Source: an uncultured Nitrososphaerota archaeon (GTDB taxonomy: Archaea; Thermoproteota; Nitrososphaeria; Nitrososphaerales; Gagatemarchaeaceae). Taken from it: DNA of 64,000 nt. The stretch spans positions 1,664,001 to 1,728,000 of the forward strand of contig OY969807.1 in assembly GCA_963703285.1 (NCBI GenBank), given 5' to 3'. The notes beneath the pieces were generated by a model. It ran no database searches. It was not told the origin of the DNA and saw only the letters and a list, made by a program, of their open reading frames with translations. The position numbers and the translations under genes were made by a program. Of the stretch, positions 9,346 through 20,008 are shown piece by piece (the stretch's first letter is position 1; the number at the start of each line of letters is the position of its first letter).

Positions 9346-9684
9346 CTATATGGCGAGGCCGAACTTGGCCACGAACGCCTCGATCTCCTTTACCCGATTA
9401 ACGAAGTCGAGGCCCCTCGTGGTGAGCGTGTATGTCTTGGTGGAGCCGTCCCGCTTCTCCTGTATCAGTCTCTGCGAGACCAGCTCTCTCAGATACTTGG
9501 CCGATCTCCCCCCTGAGAGGTTCGCATAGGAGACTATCTTGGATGACTTGCTTGGGCCTTCGTCCCTTATGGACTGGAGGATGTCGAGACGTATCTTGAG
9601 GGCTGTCCTGGGGCGCTCATCCGGCGGCACCGCCGCTTTGGCAGGAGGAGGTTGATGGGGAGACCGAGCCCGGGAGGCTGACAC
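9346..9684 (-). CDS. Winged-helix transcriptional regulator
   Basis: RTALKIRLDIL...SKIVSYANLS...KYLREL...YTLTTRGLDF. Confidence 0.8.
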   Translation of the reverse strand: MSASRARSPHQPPPAKAAVPPDERPRTALKIRLDILQSIRDEGPSKSSKIVSYANLSGGRSAKYLRELVSQRLIQEKRDGSTKTYTLTTRGLDFVNRVKEIEAFVAKFGLAI

Positions 9685-9835
9685 GTGAGACTCTCGCGAG
9701 GTTCGGCCGCAGCATATTTACCGGAATTCCCAGAACTCTCCTAAATCGTTAGAGAATCGCGCCCTAATGCTGCATTCGGGGGGTGTAACACTTGACGCCG
9801 TTCTCCATCGACAGTACGACCCAGCCGAGTCGCCG

Positions 9836-9859
9836 TTCGGCCATAACTATTAATCAAGA
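9836..9859 (+). promoter_or_regulatory. Copy of the dispersed 24-bp motif (TTCGGCCAT-AACTAT-TAATCAAGA)
   Basis: Ends 25 nt before GTG 9885. Confidence 0.65.
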
Positions 9860-9884
9860 ATCACCTCCCGACTACTGACCCGGC

Positions 9885-10373
9885 GTGGAAGCTCGACCGA
9901 GAGCAAGGTCCACATTCGACCAAATCTTAGTCATTACCATAGTCGTCCTTTCGGTCGCGGTGGTCGTCATAGGCGTCGGATTGTACATCACCACCGGCCC
10001 ACACCCCTCCACGCTCCCCTGCTTCGAAACCGGGTTCATCGGAACGCTGTACGTCCGGGTGGTCGCGGACGGCACGAACCAGTCTGTCTCTGGGGCCAAA
10101 GTCACCGCAGATATCTCCAACTACTGCGGTTCTGACGAGACCATTGACATGGGTGTGACCAACTCCACGGGGTACTCGAGCGGATGGAGCTGGTCGGCTA
10201 ACTATACCATGTCTGTCGTGTACGTTAGCACGAGCTACACGTTCGCTGTCCAGGTCTCTGGAGGCGTGGACATAGCGACACTTAGCGTTCCGTCTGGCGT
10301 CGTGGTAGAGATTACGACTGGGGTTGGATCCAACAGCACCGCCAATTCTACCACCACAGTCACCGCATATTAA
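9885..10373 (+). CDS. Membrane-anchored surface protein, diverged copy of the same beta-sandwich module
   Basis: TM anchor, then LYVRVVAD..QSVSGAKV...TNSTG...TLSVPSG. Confidence 0.8.
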   Translation: MEARPRARSTFDQILVITIVVLSVAVVVIGVGLYITTGPHPSTLPCFETGFIGTLYVRVVADGTNQSVSGAKVTADISNYCGSDETIDMGVTNSTGYSSGWSWSANYTMSVVYVSTSYTFAVQVSGGVDIATLSVPSGVVVEITTGVGSNSTANSTTTVTAY

Positions 10374-10391
10374 TCGCTCAATTCTGGACGT

Positions 10392-10415
10392 TTTTCATTA
10401 ATAGTTTTGTCCGAA
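10392..10415 (-). promoter_or_regulatory. Orphan inverted copy of the 24-bp motif (TTCGGACAA-AACTAT-TAATGAAAA)
   Basis: Points into the 3' end of 9885..10373; no ORF follows it. Confidence 0.7.
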
Positions 10416-10463
10416 CCAAGACGCTGGGTCAGTGGCGTGTCTGATTGCAGATTCGCCCACACG

Positions 10464-11360
10464 TCAATGGACCCACACGCCCACGAGTACGACGAATCCG
10501 AGCAGCATGGGTATTGGCAATCCCGGGAGAGCAGGATGCTTCCCTGCCCTTAGGATGTAGAACGTGATTAGGGCCCCGAGCACGACCACCGCCATGACCA
10601 ATGCTCCGGTGAGAGCGCTCAGCTCTAGACCCACCATCGTGATTATCGAGTAGAAGACGATATCTCCGAGTCCTATCCCCGATTCGCCTATGTGGGCCAC
10701 GAGCATCTCTCCGATGCTGACTCCGTGCCTCTCACTCGTATCGCGCTTGTCGTCTTCTTTAATGTCGGACACCATCTTGCCGAGCGGCCCTCTCAGCACA
10801 GCGTACAGATCCCAGACGGCCATAATCCCACAGAGCGCCAGGAGGGTCACCAAGGGGAACAGGAGGACCATCAGCATCGCCGTGCCAGTCCCCAGCCAGA
10901 CCTGGAACGGAAGCCTGAGCGCCGAAGACCACAGCCTAGAGATTCCCGACTTGCTGGATAGAAGGAAGGCGACGGCGAGCAAGATTGCAATCGCCACGGC
11001 CGCGTACCACTCGATCCACCAGTAGGCCACCAGCGCAATCAAGAACGAACTGGTCGCGAATGCCGCCCCCGTGATGAGCGGGAGGACCCACGTCTTCCTC
11101 TTCTTCACCAGATAGGCCATGACGAACGTGAAGGCGATTATGGGGACGACATAGATCAGGGCGACGCTGAACTCCGAGGGAGCACTCGTCCCTGCCACAC
11201 TGTACTGAAGGTTGTTGCCGGTTATGTACTGCACGAGCGGGTCGTTCACTTCGTAGAGCACTGCGGCGAGCACCGTAAGGACAAGCACGAACAGGACGGG
11301 CGGGAAGACGTCCGCGAGCACTTTCGCGGCTGTCGGCCTGCCATCTGTCTCGGGGTTCAT
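10464..11360 (-). CDS. Presenilin-family (GxGD) intramembrane aspartyl protease
   Basis: WDLYAVLRGPL, IGLGDIVFY and PALP motifs; ~9 TM segments. Confidence 0.88.
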   Translation of the reverse strand: MNPETDGRPTAAKVLADVFPPVLFVLVLTVLAAVLYEVNDPLVQYITGNNLQYSVAGTSAPSEFSVALIYVVPIIAFTFVMAYLVKKRKTWVLPLITGAAFATSSFLIALVAYWWIEWYAAVAIAILLAVAFLLSSKSGISRLWSSALRLPFQVWLGTGTAMLMVLLFPLVTLLALCGIMAVWDLYAVLRGPLGKMVSDIKEDDKRDTSERHGVSIGEMLVAHIGESGIGLGDIVFYSIITMVGLELSALTGALVMAVVVLGALITFYILRAGKHPALPGLPIPMLLGFVVLVGVWVH

Positions 11361-11511
11361 TCCATCACATCCTTCGCTCCTACTTCAATCCATCCCGGCA
11401 ATGGAGGAAGATAACGTTTGCCGGGGCGATACTATTGCCAGCCTCCGTGATTTAAACCGCCGCTTAAACGTTAATCTAAGATGGGGCATCCGGCCCGCCG
11501 GTGCCGATCGG

Positions 11512-12471
11512 GTGGAGCGCGATTCTCACGACATCGAATATTGCGAACTCCGAATGGCCGACGTCCCCTCGTTTGAGAAGGTAGTGCTCCAGGGCATCGG
11601 TAAGTTCGAGCGGGCGACCGGCCTCGATCAGGTGGCGGCTACGCAGTTTCAGTCTCTCGAAAGTCGCAGCAATTGGGCTCTCATCACGTTCGTCCGGAAA
11701 CTAGGCGACGTGTTAGGCATGGCGCCGAACCTCACCTTCGTCGGTGTTTCTCAGGGTCAGGTCTTGGGTACAGCTTCGATAATCTTGCTCCACAAGACCG
11801 GATACATCATGGGCGTCGCGACCGACCCTTCTGCACGCCGCCGCGGAATCGCGACGCATCTCCTCGAGCAGGCGCACCTTGCCGCCCAAAAGAGAGGAAG
11901 GGCATGGCTGGCCCTCGATGTCGAGTCAGAGAACGAAGCCGCCGCCCGCGTCTACCAAAGGCTCGGCTATCGGGAGAAGGCGGTGTTCTCATGGTATACC
12001 GGTCAGCCTCCAGTCATGAACGCCAACGTCACCGGCATCGTGAATGAGGTACCCAATTCCCGGATGGGCGAAGTCGCTTCATGGGTCGCCCACAATCAGA
12101 CCCCGGCAATCCACGAAGCCTTTCCCGCCACGAAACGAAGGCTGTCGCACTTCGAGATCGTCACGAAGCTGCCCGGGTCGCCTGTGAAGACGTGGGAACT
12201 CTCCGGTTCGGGCCGCACCGCGGCGGTGGTCCGAGGATCCTACCTACCAGCCATCAAGGCAGGCTATGTGATTCCAGCATCCCCGGACCAAGCTCTCCCT
12301 GCAGACTCCCTCGTCGCCCTGCTGACCCCGGCAGCGAGTTGGCTCCGCTCTCTCGGAGCCACTCGGATGGTGGTACCCATACCAGAACCCACCGATTCAT
12401 ACACGCCCACCATGGCTGCCCTCGGTCTGACCAAGGCCGTCTCGACCGCGCTCATGATCCGGCCGGCGTGA
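11512..12471 (+). CDS. GNAT family N-acetyltransferase
   Basis: VATDPSARRRGIA, LDVESENEAAARVYQRLGY; start uncertain (ORF open from 11401). Confidence 0.85.
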   Translation: MERDSHDIEYCELRMADVPSFEKVVLQGIGKFERATGLDQVAATQFQSLESRSNWALITFVRKLGDVLGMAPNLTFVGVSQGQVLGTASIILLHKTGYIMGVATDPSARRRGIATHLLEQAHLAAQKRGRAWLALDVESENEAAARVYQRLGYREKAVFSWYTGQPPVMNANVTGIVNEVPNSRMGEVASWVAHNQTPAIHEAFPATKRRLSHFEIVTKLPGSPVKTWELSGSGRTAAVVRGSYLPAIKAGYVIPASPDQALPADSLVALLTPAASWLRSLGATRMVVPIPEPTDSYTPTMAALGLTKAVSTALMIRPA

Positions 12472-12551
12472 AGGCTCTCATTTCAAGCACCTGCCATCCA
12501 ATGCTTATATCGCTCACAACCGTCCAACTGTATCGATACGCTGACCATATC

Positions 12552-12872
12552 ATGATCATCGAAGTCTGGGAAGACATGGTCTGTCCCTGGTGCTACATCG
12601 GCGAGCGACGCCTCGAGACCGCTCTCGAGAGCTTTCCCCACAGATCAGAGGTGCAGATAGTCCGCCGCAGTTTCGAGCTGGACCTCTCCGCCCCCGTGAA
12701 CGCAGGCAAGAAGCAGAACATCCCCGAGATGCTCAGCGCCAAGTACGGCATCAGCCTCGAAGACACGACCCGGCGCGAGATGCAAGTCGCCGGACTGGCC
12801 AATGACGACGGCCTTACAATAAATCCCGACCGCGTGTTCACCAACACCCGCGCGGCGTCCCGCTGTACGTAG
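12552..12872 (+). pseudogene. Truncated DsbA/FrnE-like thiol oxidoreductase
   Basis: IEVWEDMVCPWCYIGERRL, RSFEL, FTNT; stops at 106 aa, about half the usual length. Confidence 0.8.
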
Positions 12873-13105
12873 TGGACCGAAGATACGGCGTGTCGGGTGC
12901 CCAGCCGGCTGCCGTCTTCCTAGAGTTGCTCGAGAGAGCTTGGCAGGACGGGAAAATGGCCGGCCCAACCGCCGAGCCTCCGACGGCGACCAAACCCCCT
13001 GACGCGCCGACGACTTTGCCGCAAGGATAGACGCTACACCAAGTGGAGTCTTTACTAACAATCCCTCTACCATACTAAACCAGAGGACCACCAGCATTAC
13101 TGTGA

Positions 13106-13480
13106 ATGATAACCGCTGCCCGTGCGAGATCATCCTCTGCCGGTAATCGCTCAGCGCGGGCAGGCCCGTTTCTCCTAATGTCTCTCCTAGCCCTAGGGAT
13201 GCTTTCGGCGCTTCTGCGGCGCACGCCGAAGTCCTCGGGAGCTGGAATCCAACTGCAAGCCTTCCGGTCAGTAACACCAGTACATCATGCGCAGCGTATG
13301 GCGGTTACGTCTATTGTCTCGCCGACAATCAGGCGTTCTATGCTGCGCTCTCCTCCTCGGCTGTTGGTGAATGGAATAACACGACGGGCTACCCGGGACC
13401 CGCAAGTTACTATCCTCCATCATGTACGGCTAGCGAGGGCTACATCTTTATTGCGCAACCACGGAACGAGCCAATCTTGA
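13106..13480 (+). pseudogene. Frameshifted remnant of an exported Kelch-like repeat protein
   Basis: Signal-like segment in one frame; WNPTASLP..SCAAYGGYVYC..FYAALSSSAVGEWNNTTGYP..SCTASEGYI in another frame from ~13243. Confidence 0.6.
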
Positions 13481-13530
13481 CCCTGACACGGGTCCTGATT
13501 TGAACAGACACCCGGCGCGTTAGCTCGCTG

Positions 13531-13833
13531 TCACTTTCGTTCCTTCGCGGCGGCCGCTTCCTCCGCTAAGAGCTGAACGAGCAGGCTCTGAGCATTGGAT
13601 ATCTCGCGCAGGTCCCTTCTTGCCTGGAAGACGAGTTGAGCCTGCTCCATCACGAGCTGCTCGATCTTCTCCAGCCATCGAACGGCGACAGGGTCAGAAT
13701 CCTTCAGGTGCTCCTTGGCCGTCTCGACCTCCATCAGCATCACTTGGTCCAAGTTTATGGAATCGTGCAGGGACTTGTCGGTCTTCTGGTAGAGCGATGA
13801 CAATTGTTTGGTAACGCCGGGAAGGCGAACCAA
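13531..13833 (-). CDS. Hypothetical helical/coiled-coil protein
   Basis: 100-aa ORF with amphipathic heptads and an AT-rich promoter-like region upstream. Confidence 0.65.
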   Translation of the reverse strand: MVRLPGVTKQLSSLYQKTDKSLHDSINLDQVMLMEVETAKEHLKDSDPVAVRWLEKIEQLVMEQAQLVFQARRDLREISNAQSLLVQLLAEEAAAAKERK

Positions 13834-13995
13834 TTTTTTGATAATTTAACCGTTTGGAACATTGTTCTATGGCCGCGACCCTAGCCTCGGAAACCCGATT
13901 TTGCGTATCATACCCAACGTGGTCCGCCACCATCGCGGTACATTTCCCCCATCTTTTGTTGTGTAACACTTATATTGGCCTAGTATATCCATCAT

Positions 13996-14090
13996 CCTGA
14001 GCGGCTTCGGAAGAGGCCGTGGAGGCAGAGCTGGGGGAGGACGTATACTCTCCCCTATGACTCTCCGAAAACTCCAGATTTCTCAAGACA
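13996..14090 (+). ncRNA. Candidate structured small RNA
   Basis: Helices TGAG/CTCA, CGGCTTC-GGAA-GAGGCCG, TGGAG/CTCCA, AGAG/CTCT, GGGGAG/CTCCCC; TTATATT ~25 nt upstream. Confidence 0.4.
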
Positions 14091-14092
14091 TG

Positions 14093-14587
14093 CTAAGTGA
14101 TTGCAACCACAGGAACTGTCTCAGCAGCATCACCTTGATTTTGAAATAGAACGATTATTACCAAGTTGTAGTTCATCCCGGCTGTGACGTTCCACACAGG
14201 AATCGACCCCGTCGCGGTTGCGCCCACGGGCAGAACATTCACAGGGCTGACTAAATTCCCGTCATAGCTCAGCCCTATTGCCGTCGCTCCAGGCACATCG
14301 GTAGCGTTGGTAACCCACACCCTCGCTATGGGTAGGGAGGCCGAATTCAGGACGGTCATGTTGAGTTGGCTGGAACCCTGTGGAGGCGCGGTTATCACCG
14401 CAGCCACACTCACAAAAAGGTACGGTCCGGGTCCATCGCCGCTCAAGGGAGCAGGCCTCCCAATCAGACCGGCTTCGTCGGCATATCCAAACGCCCCCAT
14501 GGCGATGATTGCGGCCATGACCAACGCCGACGCAACTACCCGGTGAGTGCTTTTCGTGCCCGACTTCCCCGCTGCACGCGTTTGCAG
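14093..14587 (-). CDS. Membrane-anchored exported protein (pilin/Ig-like)
   Basis: Basic N-terminus, TM helix, LNMTVLNSASLPI..., AGMNYNLVIIVLFQN; start uncertain (CTG 14587 after AAGGAG chosen). Confidence 0.6.
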   Translation of the reverse strand: MQTRAAGKSGTKSTHRVVASALVMAAIIAMGAFGYADEAGLIGRPAPLSGDGPGPYLFVSVAAVITAPPQGSSQLNMTVLNSASLPIARVWVTNATDVPGATAIGLSYDGNLVSPVNVLPVGATATGSIPVWNVTAGMNYNLVIIVLFQNQGDAAETVPVVAIT

Positions 14588-14693
14588 ACGCTCCTTTAGG
14601 AATTCTCCCTCGAGGACAAACGGCAGTACCTCGAAACAGCCAGGAATCACCAACAGGTTTAGAGGGGCCCCGGTAGCACCTCCAAAACGAAGA

Positions 14694-15353
14694 TTGTACA
14701 ACCCGCGCTGGTTCAAAGAAGACAGGCTCGAGTTCCTCCATGCCGAGATGAAAAAGATCGGCTTCGGCACCCTCATCACCACCACGCCCGACTCTGCAAT
14801 TTTCGCCAGTCACATCCCAATCATGCTGGACAAGACGAAGGGAGAACACGGGACGCTCTTCGGGCACATCGCGCGTGGGAATGCGCAGTGGCGGAAGACG
14901 AGCGCTGGCAGCGAGGCCCTGGTGGTGTTCCTTGGGCCCGACGCCTACATAACGCCGAGGTGGTACCAGACCAAGAAGGAGGACGGCAAGGTGGTTCCGA
15001 CTTGGAACTACGTGGCGATTCACGTCAGAGGCCCCATCACCTTCTTCGAGGACCCCGAGCGCCTGAGGGAGGCGGTCACGAGGCTGACGGACCACCACGA
15101 ATCGGCAGCCGGCGACCCGTGGGAGGTGAGCGACGCCCCTGCCGGCTACATAGAGGCGCAACTCAGGTCGATAGTCGGCTTCGAGATTCCTGTCTCGAGC
15201 ATCGAAGGCAAGTGGAAGATGAACCAGAACCGCCCCGACACTGACCGCGCAGGCGTGATCGCCGGTCTGGAGGAGCGCGACCTGGCGCGCGACCGGGATG
15301 TCTCCACGGAAATGCGAGCGGGGAGCGACGATCCGAAGGCGCGCAGGAATTAA
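14694..15353 (+). CDS. FMN-binding negative transcriptional regulator (PaiB family)
   Basis: MYNPRWF, ASHIP, GHIARGN, YITPRWY, VPTWNY, KWKMNQNR. Confidence 0.9.
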   Translation: MYNPRWFKEDRLEFLHAEMKKIGFGTLITTTPDSAIFASHIPIMLDKTKGEHGTLFGHIARGNAQWRKTSAGSEALVVFLGPDAYITPRWYQTKKEDGKVVPTWNYVAIHVRGPITFFEDPERLREAVTRLTDHHESAAGDPWEVSDAPAGYIEAQLRSIVGFEIPVSSIEGKWKMNQNRPDTDRAGVIAGLEERDLARDRDVSTEMRAGSDDPKARRN

Positions 15354-15382
15354 ATGGCAGACATCCACGGCGTGCCCACTCA

Positions 15383-15643
15383 GTGGTCCAGGTGACAATC
15401 CGCGTAAAGGTGCTCTACTTCGCGCAGGTCAGAGATGCCGCGGGAACCTACGAAGAATCGTACACTCTTCTTGATGGTGCGACGGTAGCCGAGCTGCTGA
15501 GCAGGATTTCATCCTCACACCAGAAGATTGGCAAGATAAGACGGATGATAAAGGCGGCCGTGAACGAAGACATGGCGGAGCCCGACCACCCGCTTCAGGA
15601 CAGGGACACGGTCGCGTTGTTCCCTCCGATCGCGGGCGGGTGA
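15383..15643 (+). CDS. MoaD/ThiS/SAMP ubiquitin-like protein
   Basis: VKVLYFA..., AVNE, C-terminal FPPIAGG. Confidence 0.9.
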   Translation: MVQVTIRVKVLYFAQVRDAAGTYEESYTLLDGATVAELLSRISSSHQKIGKIRRMIKAAVNEDMAEPDHPLQDRDTVALFPPIAGG

Positions 15644-15680
15644 GTCGGCGAAGGCTGTACGACCGACGGAAGCGCTCTGA

Positions 15681-15959
15681 CTAGCCGAGGCAAACGACCC
15701 GAGCCCCCGACGATGGGAGCCACCAGAGGTAATCTCCTCTGAGGAGGAGGACCACCCCAGTACGGAGCGACGTATACGAAGCCGAGGCGAAAATCTCCGA
15801 CGTGGGAGCCGGAGTAACTAGGATTCCGCCGTAGCACGAACCATGCTGCTCGTACAGGCCAGGAGTGGGTACCCGCATCGGGACGACGGGAATGAAGAAG
15901 AAGGCCAGAACAACGAGGATGCAGAGTCCGGCTATCGTGGCCGCTCTTCTACGCCTCAT
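15681..15959 (-). CDS. Small membrane protein (FxxPVV...SxSY family)
   Basis: TM helix followed by FFFIPVVP and FASASY; similar to 40801..41073 and 53194..53532. Confidence 0.7.
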   Translation of the reverse strand: MRRRRAATIAGLCILVVLAFFFIPVVPMRVPTPGLYEQHGSCYGGILVTPAPTSEIFASASYTSLRTGVVLLLRGDYLWWLPSSGARVVCLG

Positions 15960-15984
15960 GAAATCACTTGATTCGGGCGCATCG

Positions 15985-16008
15985 GTCTGATTAGAAGCTT
16001 TGTCCGAA
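15985..16008 (-). promoter_or_regulatory. Copy of the 24-bp motif (TTCGGACAA-AGCTTC-TAATCAGAC)
   Basis: Ends 25 nt before ATG 15959. Confidence 0.7.
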
Positions 16009-16078
16009 TATGATGCAATTTGGATTGGAATGGAGTGCCGATATCTTTACAATCTCCGACACGGCCTTTCTAATCGAA

Positions 16079-16477
16079 TTGAAACGACTTCCGGATTCCG
16101 TCAAGAAACTCATCGCGTCGAAGACCTTCGCGAACGTCGCGACGCTAATGCCCGATGGGTCTCCTCAGGTGACGCAGACGTGGGTCGACCACGACGGCGA
16201 CATCGTCCTGATCAACACGCCCGAAGGAAGCCAGAAACACAGGAACGTCCTCAGGGATCCTAGAATCGCGCTCGACGTCTGTGACCCGACCAATCCTTTC
16301 AACGTCGCAGTGATTCGCGGGCGCGTCAAGGAGGTAACCTTTGAAGGCGCCGAGGAACACATCGACAAGATGGCGAAGAAATACATGGGTCTTGACAAAT
16401 ACCAAAGGCGGCAGCCGGGAAGACGCGTCCTCATCAAGGTCGAACCGACACACGTAACGGCTCCGTGGGGTTCCTGA
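16079..16477 (+). CDS. PPOX-class F420-dependent oxidoreductase
   Basis: ATLMPDGSPQVT..W, K.RNVLRDPR, HIDKMAKKY, RRVLIKVEP. Confidence 0.9.
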   Translation: MKRLPDSVKKLIASKTFANVATLMPDGSPQVTQTWVDHDGDIVLINTPEGSQKHRNVLRDPRIALDVCDPTNPFNVAVIRGRVKEVTFEGAEEHIDKMAKKYMGLDKYQRRQPGRRVLIKVEPTHVTAPWGS

Positions 16478-16560
16478 TAGTAGTGCGTCCGTCTGGGGAA
16501 CGGGGGAACACTTCTCGCTGAAGCTAAGCCTTTATCCTCCCTCCGAGGCTCACACGCTCT

Positions 16561-19500
16561 ATGCCCTTCTCAGCCGAGGCGTCTTGGGAGCGCACCAAAC
16601 GCCTTACGGCGTTCCCCCCTCACCTAGACGATTACTACAAGGGCATACTGGCCGAATACGAGTCTACCTTCAACGCGGCCGAGAAGGCGAAGGCCAAGGG
16701 GCTCGACCCGAACGAGTTCGTAGAGTCTAAGGCTGTCTTCGATCTGGCTGACCGAGTCAACCAGATGCTCGGCCTGACCCAATTCGAGGGTCTGGCAGAG
16801 AGACTGCGCGAACTCCTGAAATCCACTTCGAAAGAGAGAGCGACCCTGACCATAGCAGAGGAGATAGCCCTTGGAAAGTTCGGGCCGATGAAGGTCGAAC
16901 AGGCGCTGGATCAGGCGGTACGGGCAGGGCTCGCGGTCATCACGGACGGCGTGACGGTGGCGCCGGTCCAGGGCATCTACACGGTATCGATCAAGAGGAA
17001 CGACGACAACAGCGAGTACGCCTCGATCTCCTACGCGGGTCCCATACGCTCGGCCGGAGGGACCGAAGCCGCGCTATCGGTTCTGATCGGGGACGTCGTG
17101 GCGAAGAAGCTGGGCCTCTCTCCGTACAGGGCGCGAAGAAGAGATCGGGCGGTACATCGAAGAGCTACGAGTGTACGAGCGCGAGGTGGGCAACTTCCAG
17201 TACAGGGTCACCGACGAAGACGTGCGCGTCGCCATTTCGAACCTCCCCGTCGAGATCGACGGAGTGGAGACGGACCCCGTCGAAGTTGTCGTACACCGCA
17301 ACCTCAAGAGGGTGAACACCGACAGGGTCAGGGGCGGAGCGCTCAGGGTGCTCAACGACGGAATCATCGGGCGCGCCCACAAGATATCCAAGGTCCTCCG
17401 CATACTAGAGATACCAGGCTGGGAATGGCTGTCCCAGCTCAAGGGCGGAAAGCAGGAGTCCACCAACGAGACAGAGAAGGCCGGCGCCCACTTCGAGGAG
17501 GTCATCTCGGGCCGCGCCGTTCTTTCCTCGCACGAGGCCAGAGGGGGTTTCAGGATCAGGTACGGCAGGGCCGTCAACACCGGGCTCTCCACCCTGGGCA
17601 TCCATCCGGCGCTCGCCACCCTGCTCGACGACGCCGTCGTCGCCGGGACCCAAGTGAAGGTGGACACGCCGGGCAAGTCAGCGACGATAGCCTTCGTGGA
17701 CTCGCTAGAGGGTCCGACCGTCGCGCTGCGCGACGGCTCCGTACGAAGGATAAACACGGTGAAGGAGGCGGAGGCGTTCCACGACCGGGTGCTCCGCATC
17801 ATCGACCTCGGGGATGCGCTGATCAGTTTCGGCGATTTCCTTGAGAACAACAAGACCATCCAGCCCTCTCCTTACGTGCAGGAATGGTGGCTGCAAGACC
17901 TCGAGCGCGCCCTCGGTGGCCGCGAGAATGCCGGGGTCGAGGCGACTACAATCCCGAGCGCGAGGATGGCAGAGATCCGGACCGGCGGTCTCCCGACGGC
18001 TCAGGAGGCGTTGGAGATATCCGAAGACCTGGACATACCAATCAACCCATACTACAACCCGCGCTTCGACAGGCTCTCGGTGTCCGACCTCAAGACCCTG
18101 AGGAGCTGCATGAACCTCGCCGGTCGCGAGATAAGGATAGAGATCGCGTCGAATCAGACAGAGGCGATGTTACGGAGCCTCTTGGTCCCGTACACGCGTC
18201 AGGCCGACACGGCCATCATAGATGGAGAGACGGCGCTCGTTCTCACCAGGCTGTTGCGACTGGGCGAGAACACAGATTCCGAGGCCGAATATGAGAACAC
18301 GCTGGAGATGGTGAAGAAGACCTCAGGAATCCGAGTGACCCATCAGACGACAGCCACGGTCGGGATGCGCGTTGGCAGGCCGGAGAAGGCCATGCTGAGA
18401 CACCTGAAACCACCCGTCCACGTCCTCTTTCCGGTCGGCACCGGAGGCGGCACCACGAGGGACCTGCTGCTGGCTGCCAAGCAGGGGACCGTCCCGATCG
18501 ACGTCGTGAACGTGATATGCCCTTCGTGCGGGCAGCGGAAGCTCTCTAGCAAGTGCCAGGAATGCAGCGAAGCCACGATACGCTTTCTCAGCTGTCCGAG
18601 GTGCGGTCAGATCCTGAAGGAGGAGAGGACCTGTCCGAATTGCAAGGTTGACGGGGTCAGGCACTCGAGCTATGGATATGACCTCAAGGGTGGAATGGAA
18701 CGTGCGCTCCGGAGGGTGCCCGACCTAGGCCAGAAGCCTATCAAAGGTGTCCGTGGGCTGTCGAGCGAGTCGAAATTCTGCGAGCTGATAGAGAAGGGCG
18801 CCCTGCGAAGCAAACACGACATCTACGTCTACAAGGACGGGACGACCAGGATAGACCTCACGAACGCGACGCTCACGCACTTCCGCCCGCGGGACGTCCA
18901 CGGCGACGTGGAGAAGCTCAGGTCACTCGGTTACACAAGCGACGTGCACCAAGAGCCCCTGACCAGTCCGGACCAGATACTCGAACTCAAACCCCAGGAC
19001 ATCATCATCCCTGAGAACATAGCGGCCGACCTCGTCAGGATTGCAAAGTTCGCCGACGAGGAACTGGAGACAATCTACAGCCTCGAGAGAGTCTACAACA
19101 TAGCCGGCGTCTCGGACCTCCTCGGCAGGATTGCGGTCGGGCTGGCTCCCCACACCTCCGTCGGCGTCGTCGGGAGGATAGTCGGTTTCACGAACGCTCA
19201 GGTCTGCTTCGCAAACCCATGCTGGCACGCGGCAAAGAGGAGAGACTGCGACGGCGACGGTGACTCTCTCCTGCTTCTCCTCGACGTGCTGCTGAACTTC
19301 TCTGTCGAGTTCATCCCCAACCAGATAGGCGGCCTGATGGACACACCCTTGCTGATTCAGCCGATTCTGCTGCCGGCGGAAGTGGACGACCAGGCCCACA
19401 ACTTCGACATATCTTGGAGGTACCCGCTGGAGTTCTACCAGCTAAGCCTGGAGTCACCCAACCCATCAAAGGTCTCGCCCCTCATTGAGCGGATAGGCGA

Positions 19501-20008
19501 CAGGCTCAACAAGGAGGGACAGCTCTCCGGCTACGGCTTCACCAATCCCACCGAATCGATAACCATCAGGCACTCTCGGAGCGCATATCCAACACTGACC
19601 AGCCTCAACGAGAAGATATCCAAGCAGATTGAGGTAGCGGAGAAAATCGAGGCCGTCTCGACCAAGGAAGTGGTCGAATCGATAATCAAGACCCACCTAA
19701 TCAGAGACATAATGGGCAACACAAAGAAGTACGCCACCCAATCGTTCAAGTGCAGAGGGTGCGGGCGGTCCTTCAGGAGGCCGACCATATCGGGCAGGTG
19801 CGACGTGTGCGGCGAGGAGCTTAGGGAGACCCTGACGCGGGGCTCGGTGGAGAAGTACCTATCCCTCGCAAGGAAGCTCGCCAACGACTACGACGTCGAC
19901 GACTACATCAAGGGCCGGCTTGACCTCCTCGTCAGGGAGCTAAACCAGTTGTTTGACGAGCGCGAACGTTCGACTCAGCTCGAGCTGACGGACTTCAACC
20001 CCGCCTGA
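16561..20008 (+). CDS. polC: DNA polymerase D large subunit DP2, with one frameshift at ~17134
   Basis: GPIRSAGGT in frame 1; EEIGRYIEEL, RVRGGA, GRPEKA, KDGTTR, HAAKRRDCDGD, GGLMDTPL in frame 2. Confidence 0.95.

Noticed and set aside
14262-15398. Long alternative-frame or antisense ORFs (this one, 33775..34929, 47962..49170 and similar)
   Set aside because: Shadows of GC3-rich real genes, with Arg/Pro/Gly-rich composition and no motifs.
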